From: a virus
Taxonomy: Duplodnaviria; Caudoviricetes
Virus record (IMG/VR): IMGVR_UViG_3300024972_000005
Location: 1-61,871 of that record
Strand: one strand, 5' to 3'
Length of the DNA stretch: 61,871 nt
This document shows positions 56,655 to 61,871 of the stretch, in pieces. Below the pieces are notes generated by a model that saw only the letters and a program-made list of their open reading frames with translations, did no database searches and had not been told where the DNA came from. Numbering within the stretch: the stretch's first letter is position 1; the number at the start of each line of letters is the position of its first letter. The translations under genes were made by a program, and so were the position numbers.

Positions 56655-59497
56655 TATCTGCGCCCCGTTTCTTTTGCGTCATTCGGCTCTTGTGTCAGCG
56701 CGTCATGCAGTGACCGGCTTGCCGGTGTTGATAAGGCTTCCTGAAATTTCTGCTGCATTGGCTTGTCCGGTTCACGGGCTTTGCTCGGCTTGCGCATTTC
56801 CTCTGCCTGCTTTCTTTGTTCTTCCGCGTTGGCTTTTGCGCCGGTAAACAGTTCATGCAAGCTATCCTTAATCCCCTGCACAATGCCGCCGTCTGCGAAT
56901 TGCTGCGTACCTGCCACTTCCGGCGCTGCCTGACCGCCCTGCATCTGTCTTAATAGCAGGCCAAGTTCATTCAACTGGTTCAAGGTGTCCTCGCCTAGCA
57001 AGGCCATCGCTTCCACATTCAGCACGCCTTCATTTGCGGTTGCCATGATTGGCACGTTATCAGCGGTGGTGGTCGGGCTTACGCCGCGTACTGCACCGCC
57101 GTTGGCCTTGTTCTGCAATGGGCTGGCATATTGCTGTTCTTGCTGCAGGTGTAACTGCTCTGCAAAGGTGTTGGCATATTCAGGACTGCTGAACTTGCCT
57201 AAATGCTGACCGGTACTGACATACTGCTGAATTGCCGCATCATTATCGAGAATGCCGCTGCCATCGCTGGCTACGGTTGGAATCAGAACTTCATACTGAC
57301 CATCGTTGAAGCTCATGCTGCGCACGGTGCTGATAGAACCGTCTGGGTTGTTCACGATCGGGCGGTTATTCAGGTCGATATTGCCAGGCTCTACAATGCC
57401 GCCATCAGCTAACGCCTGCACACCATCTGCTGCCGGTGTTTCAATGCCGGTCATCGGACTGGCTGGCACGGCTGGCTGTAGTGGTGACGTGTTCTGGTTG
57501 ATATTAGGCATTGGTGTGCCCGTAGCGTTTGCAGGCACGTCTGTGGCCTGCACGCCATCACCGGCAAGCGGTTTCCAGCCAGCGCCTTTAAGCACTTCAT
57601 CAGCTACCGGTGCAACGGCTGGCGTTGCTGCCACAATCTGACCGGTCTGCATGGCGCTGTACTGTGTTTCCACGTTCTTGCTGACTTTCTGTGACTTGAT
57701 ATAGTCGGCTTCTGCCAGTAGTTTTGCCACGGTTGCATCACGCACTGCCGGATCAAGTTTCGCATCGAGTGCGGCCTGTAATTCCTGCAGTTTTTGTTCT
57801 AATTCAGCCACGCGAGGGTCGCCATCAGCCATATTGAAGAAGCGTGCGCCATCCTTGTAGCCCAATTTACCGAAGATTTCTTTGGTGATTTCTTCAATGT
57901 TTACGCGATTTCCGATACCAGACATCACAATTTCAGCCAAGGTTTTCATCCCCATCGTAAAGCGCTCGAACTGCGCCTGCGGATTGGTTGAACCGACACC
58001 TACATTGACGCGCACCAGCATATTGCGCTCTAGCAATTCATCGGTAATATCAGAAATGCCGTATTTTTCTAACAGTTTCGCTTTCGTACCGGCAAAAATC
58101 AGGATGGTCTGGTCGGTTTCATACTTCTGTTCCAGCATGACTAGCTGCGTGATGACCTTTTCTGCCCAAGTTTCCACAAAAGTGCGTAATTGATACTCGC
58201 TGATCTCGTTGGCGTTCTCGCTTAACAGTGTCATGCCGCCCACGGTTTCATTCAGCTTGCGGTTGGATTGCACGCTTGAACCGTTAAATGCACCGGCTAG
58301 ATCATCAAAATCAAGATTCAGGCGGTCTTGTTCCTGATAACTGGATGAAGTCACGTCCGGCGTGTCCAATACCTTCACATCACCCACGTCATTCATGAGC
58401 GTGACGGACGAAGGCACGTTACGGGTCAAGCTGCGAATATCGACCTGCGCATTACGCTTGGCAAAGTAACGCTTATTCATGGCGAACTTGACGTTATCAA
58501 TGCGCTGGTTGGCGATTTCGTTAATTTCCACCTGCAAATCGTGTACCAATTCCACCGGTGCGCTGGTATAAGCCTTATGTGATTCAATCAGGGCACTGCC
58601 AAGCGCGAATGGGCGTTTACCGTGCCAATATTGGTCTTTCAGCGGCGCAGGAGTGCTTAAAACGTGTTCTGTACCTAACGTGTAGTACATATGATCCACG
58701 CCATCGACTTCAATCACGTTGAAATGCACCCAGATAATCTTGTATTCACTCACATCAGTGTTGTTGTCAGTCGGGTCGGTGCGATTACTACCCTGGCGCG
58801 TCTGTCTGATACTGTCATTGCTTTGTTTGTTGGCAGAGGTAATCTCACCATCTTTTAATGGCTTCCATTTTGGCGCACCGGTCTTGGCATCCACTGTTTT
58901 CATCCGTGCTTTCACGTCTTTGAAATACATTGGAATTAGCCACACCAGATATGGACTGCTGTTGATGGGGTCTGTCCAGTCAGAAGCAGGGTCAAAACGG
59001 AAGTTCTCGATCGGAATCAGGTCGATACAAGGCTGGTCTATTTCTTTCTTCGCGTCATATTTCCAGTATTGGTGTGAAATCACCACACCGGAAGTCATCG
59101 CGTCCTGATATGCACCGATTACAATCTGAAACCACGGGATAGTCTTGGTTAAACGATACTGCACCAGTTCTGCCACAATCTCGGAACTGGCTAAGTGTTT
59201 CGGGTCTGCATCATTCTCTGCGGTGATTGATACCACGTCCTCATTGGAAAAGAATGCGGCAGCGGCAATCGCTTCATTCTTACGCACCATCGTCCGTGTT
59301 TTAGGACGGAATAGCTTGCTGCGGCCTTTGTACGAATCTGAATGATATTTTGAATTGGCTGGATGCTTACCCTGCACCTGACGCAAGTTGGCCTCTACCT
59401 GACTGCGTATGTTGCTGTCAAAGTAGCTGGTAGAACCATCATAGGCATCCCTTGCACGTTTCAGCCAAATATCCTGTGTTATATCTTGTTCAGCCAT
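56654..59497 (-). CDS. Portal protein with long C-terminal extension
   Basis: RSKLFRPKTR, IPIENFRFDP, NEIANQRIDNV, NETVGGM motifs; about 947 aa. Confidence 0.88.
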   Translation of the reverse strand: MAEQDITQDIWLKRARDAYDGSTSYFDSNIRSQVEANLRQVQGKHPANSKYHSDSYKGRSKLFRPKTRTMVRKNEAIAAAAFFSNEDVVSITAENDADPKHLASSEIVAELVQYRLTKTIPWFQIVIGAYQDAMTSGVVISHQYWKYDAKKEIDQPCIDLIPIENFRFDPASDWTDPINSSPYLVWLIPMYFKDVKARMKTVDAKTGAPKWKPLKDGEITSANKQSNDSIRQTRQGSNRTDPTDNNTDVSEYKIIWVHFNVIEVDGVDHMYYTLGTEHVLSTPAPLKDQYWHGKRPFALGSALIESHKAYTSAPVELVHDLQVEINEIANQRIDNVKFAMNKRYFAKRNAQVDIRSLTRNVPSSVTLMNDVGDVKVLDTPDVTSSSYQEQDRLNLDFDDLAGAFNGSSVQSNRKLNETVGGMTLLSENANEISEYQLRTFVETWAEKVITQLVMLEQKYETDQTILIFAGTKAKLLEKYGISDITDELLERNMLVRVNVGVGSTNPQAQFERFTMGMKTLAEIVMSGIGNRVNIEEITKEIFGKLGYKDGARFFNMADGDPRVAELEQKLQELQAALDAKLDPAVRDATVAKLLAEADYIKSQKVSKNVETQYSAMQTGQIVAATPAVAPVADEVLKGAGWKPLAGDGVQATDVPANATGTPMPNINQNTSPLQPAVPASPMTGIETPAADGVQALADGGIVEPGNIDLNNRPIVNNPDGSISTVRSMSFNDGQYEVLIPTVASDGSGILDNDAAIQQYVSTGQHLGKFSSPEYANTFAEQLHLQQEQQYASPLQNKANGGAVRGVSPTTTADNVPIMATANEGVLNVEAMALLGEDTLNQLNELGLLLRQMQGGQAAPEVAGTQQFADGGIVQGIKDSLHELFTGAKANAEEQRKQAEEMRKPSKAREPDKPMQQKFQEALSTPASRSLHDALTQEPNDAKETGRR

Positions 59498-59498
59498 T

Positions 59499-59861
59499 TT
59501 ATTTATCCGCGATATGATTGCCAAAGTTGTCGGTGTTCAATGCTTCGTACTGCGCTTGATTAAAGCGTCCACGGCTCATGCGATAGCGTTCAAGCAATTC
59601 GCCACCGGCCTGCATGATTTTCTTGTTCCATCCATCTTCAACCACGTCCTTGACCTTCATCAGAAAGCCCCATTTGCCTGACAGGTTCAGGTTGTAGATA
59701 TGCACCACGCCGCCATTCAGGTCGCAGTTGCACGCCCATTGATGGTCTGGGTATATGCCTGCAAGATATTCAGCCACGGTCTTGGCAATCTCGTTTTCAC
59801 GCATTACCTGCATGGCGCTGTCTGCCGCATGTAGGTCTGTGCTTAAAATTATGTCGGTCAT
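59499..59861 (-). CDS. Conserved hypothetical protein upstream of portal
   Basis: YPDHQWA...AGGELLERYRMSRG. Confidence 0.7.
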   Translation of the reverse strand: MTDIILSTDLHAADSAMQVMRENEIAKTVAEYLAGIYPDHQWACNCDLNGGVVHIYNLNLSGKWGFLMKVKDVVEDGWNKKIMQAGGELLERYRMSRGRFNQAQYEALNTDNFGNHIADK

Positions 59862-59864
59862 GCT

Positions 59865-60005
59865 TTAATCCTCGTCAGGCTCGGTTTCAGTGCGCAGCAG
59901 GTCTTGCTTTTGCTGATCGCTCAACCACATATATTCTTGTCTGCTGTAATACTGGCGAATGCACTCCGGCAAAGCCTCGTACTCGTCATTCGTTGATAGG
60001 GGCAT
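59865..60005 (-). CDS. Small hypothetical protein
   Basis: YEALPECIRQYYSRQEYMWLSD; start reassigned to MPLST. Confidence 0.45.
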   Translation of the reverse strand: MPLSTNDEYEALPECIRQYYSRQEYMWLSDQQKQDLLRTETEPDED

Positions 60006-60299
60006 TGATCGGCTGTTGTGACGGTTGACGGCGAGTGCCAGGCTCATAGAACACGCGACCATTACCGAATACATAATCAATCTTCACTTCCGGTGTCGGG
60101 TCGGCTTGCTTTACTTCTGCACTCCATAAACGGGTGCGATGTACGGGTGCTTGTGCCATGATTTATTTCCAGTTGCGTAGCAGTTCAGTTAATGGTTTCG
60201 TTGCCAATAAACGTTTCACGTCACGCACAATGAGTTGTTGGTGAACGCGCTTATCAAGTATTAATAGGCTTGGATTAGTCATTGCGTTTCCTTCGGGCA

Positions 60300-60327
60300 T
60301 AAAAAAGCCCACCGGTTAAAGTGGGCT
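60300..60327 (-). terminator. Terminator hairpin identical to 7577-7602
   Basis: AGCCCAC-TTTAACCG-GTGGGC followed by T6. Confidence 0.7.
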
Positions 60328-60335
60328 ATAAAATT

Positions 60336-60444
60336 TAGTGCGCCGGTACTGATCTCCGGCATAACCGCGCCCCGTAAAAGTCCGGTCAAACATAACCTAT
60401 CGGTTCATTGGGGTTCTGTGCGTATCAGCCTACGCATTGCACTA
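60336..60444 (-). ncRNA. Candidate structured RNA with kissing loops
   Basis: Closing stem TAGTGC/GCACTA; hairpins TGCGTA-GGCTGA-TACGCA and GCCGG-AGATCAGTA-CCGGC with complementary loops. Confidence 0.5.
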
Positions 60445-60448
60445 CAAA

Positions 60449-60661
60449 CTATTTTCCGGCTTCCATTAGCTGCGCCTTGAGTTTTTCCATCAACCAAAGC
60501 ACATCGCCGCCGTCACCCATCGTAGAACTAAAGTAAAATTCACCCTCTTTGTCATAACCAATGATGACAAAGCGATCTAACTTACCTTTGGTATTTTCAA
60601 GTACGGTGTCAGGGTCTAGGTCTAGTCTGGTCGTGCCTCTGAACTGGATAACATTGCTCAT
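60449..60661 (-). CDS. Conserved hypothetical protein
   Basis: 70 aa after terL; IIGYDKEGEFYFSS...VLWLME. Confidence 0.65.
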   Translation of the reverse strand: MSNVIQFRGTTRLDLDPDTVLENTKGKLDRFVIIGYDKEGEFYFSSTMGDGGDVLWLMEKLKAQLMEAGK

Positions 60662-60670
60662 TAATATCCT

Positions 60671-61871
60671 TTACATACCATCCGCATAAGTGTCCGGCTC
60701 TAAGTCTTTTTCATCGACCAATATTGGCGCTCTGGCTTCCATATCGTAGATACGGCTGGCGGCATCCAGCAAATCATCGTGCAACACGAACGGATAAGCT
60801 AGGAACTGCTGCACAAAGTTCAATGTCAGGTTGTACACCTTGCCGGTATGGTCACAACGTCTGATCGGTTGCAATATCAGGTAGCCATTGCCCTCTTTCT
60901 TGAACTTGGCCTGCGTTGCCGTCAGTTCTTTGGTCTGTGCAATCAGGAAGAAGCGACCGTTGCGGCAATCTGGTTCTAAACGCTGAATGCGGTCATACTT
61001 GGCATTCGCGCCATCGTTTGTCCAGGCCAATTCTTTAATGGTGAAGGCATCCTGATCAATTTCCATCTGGCCTTCAAAATACTCAAGGTCGCTGCGCATA
61101 CCGTAGCGCTCATAACCAACGAACACACCCTGCACGCCTTTTTGTGCCATCCATGTGCGGCGTAAAGTACGGATTGCAGTCCAGCGCTCGGCTAAACTCA
61201 TTTTGTGGTGGTAGCCATCCAGCAGATATTTATTGCGCTGCGCATCAACACCGATAACCGCAATCGCGGTGCTATCACTGGTTTTCTTCTTGCTGGAAGC
61301 AGGATCAACCATGATGTAGATATTGAGCGTTTTTGGCCTGACTTCGGCAAAATACAGGTATTCTTTCCTGAACATTGCCTGATCGCCAGCCAGAGGGTTC
61401 TGCAGCATTTGGGTGGCAATCGTTGCCGAACCCTGTTTCAGTTTCTTCTCTACCCACGCCTTGACCGTCAGGAATACCGGATTCCCGTCCGGCGTGCCGT
61501 CATCGGTAGCAGGATAGATACGCGGTATCAATGCCTTGCGGTCTAGTATCGACTGATAGGTGTCACCGAAGCTGTATCGCGTGCCGATGTGCCATGATCG
61601 CCCAGGGCTTCCATCTGCCTGCGCTGCACCCAGGTTATCCGACAATTCCCACGCTTCCGTAGTCTTGAACACCTGTTCCGGTGTCGTGACTGATTCGCGC
61701 GTCACCACGTCATCATAAACACGCAGTTTAAAGTGGGCTGACGTAGGCTGACCGTCCACCAAGCCCCATGCTTCCAGTGTGGCCTCTTTGGGGTTGGTCT
61801 TACGCTTTACCACTAAACCGGTATCATCCGACCATCTTGGCGCTTCCGCTTTCGGGCTTTGCCAGAATATG
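60671..61871 (-). CDS. terL: Terminase large subunit, C-terminal part (RNase H-like nuclease)
   Basis: VYDDVV, IGTRY, IMVDPASS..SDST, HDDLLDA motifs; frame continues to contig end. Confidence 0.92.
   Translation of the reverse strand, partial: IFWQSPKAEAPRWSDDTGLVVKRKTNPKEATLEAWGLVDGQPTSAHFKLRVYDDVVTRESVTTPEQVFKTTEAWELSDNLGAAQADGSPGRSWHIGTRYSFGDTYQSILDRKALIPRIYPATDDGTPDGNPVFLTVKAWVEKKLKQGSATIATQMLQNPLAGDQAMFRKEYLYFAEVRPKTLNIYIMVDPASSKKKTSDSTAIAVIGVDAQRNKYLLDGYHHKMSLAERWTAIRTLRRTWMAQKGVQGVFVGYERYGMRSDLEYFEGQMEIDQDAFTIKELAWTNDGANAKYDRIQRLEPDCRNGRFFLIAQTKELTATQAKFKKEGNGYLILQPIRRCDHTGKVYNLTLNFVQQFLAYPFVLHDDLLDAASRIYDMEARAPILVDEKDLEPDTYADGM
61110..61871. repeat. Terminal overlap, copy B (matches 1-762)
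   Basis: Manual alignment. Confidence 0.97.

Larger units (their letters stand above)
1..61871. mobile_element. Complete (circularisable) temperate bacteriophage genome, probably podovirus-like virion
   Basis: Terminal 762-bp overlap; terminase, portal, capsid, lysis, cI/cro, integrase and intact attP all present; no host housekeeping genes seen. Confidence 0.95.

Noticed and set aside
61110-61871. True direct terminal repeat of the virion DNA
   Set aside because: It lies mid-terL and the copies differ by silent SNPs; assembly circularity or circular permutation is more plausible.

Overview
The window is an essentially complete temperate dsDNA phage genome. The unit length is about 61,109 bp, and bases 1-762 recur at 61110-61871 with 15 synonymous SNPs inside terL. 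The early region is lambda-like: cI/cro switch with operators, DUF1376 replication initiator, nin-like genes, a Q-like gene, a recombination pair, xis/int and an attP with a tRNA 5'-half core. The virion module looks podovirus-like: portal, scaffold, N4-like capsid, adaptor/nozzle and a 3956-aa polyvalent ejection protein, with no tape measure gene. The most striking element is a complete diversity-generating retroelement (22560-25458). One 108-bp TR plus avd and RT diversify two tandem, small, apparently cytoplasmic C-type-lectin-fold (DUF1566-like) proteins located in the early operon rather than a tail fibre. Other oddities are a portal with a C-terminal extension punctuated by A[DN]GG[IA]V motifs, a methyltransferase-GT9 glycosyltransferase fusion beside the capsid gene, a fibre cassette between terS and terL, a G9-tract frameshift and several structured non-coding segments. 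All family assignments come from motif recognition by eye, not from database searches.
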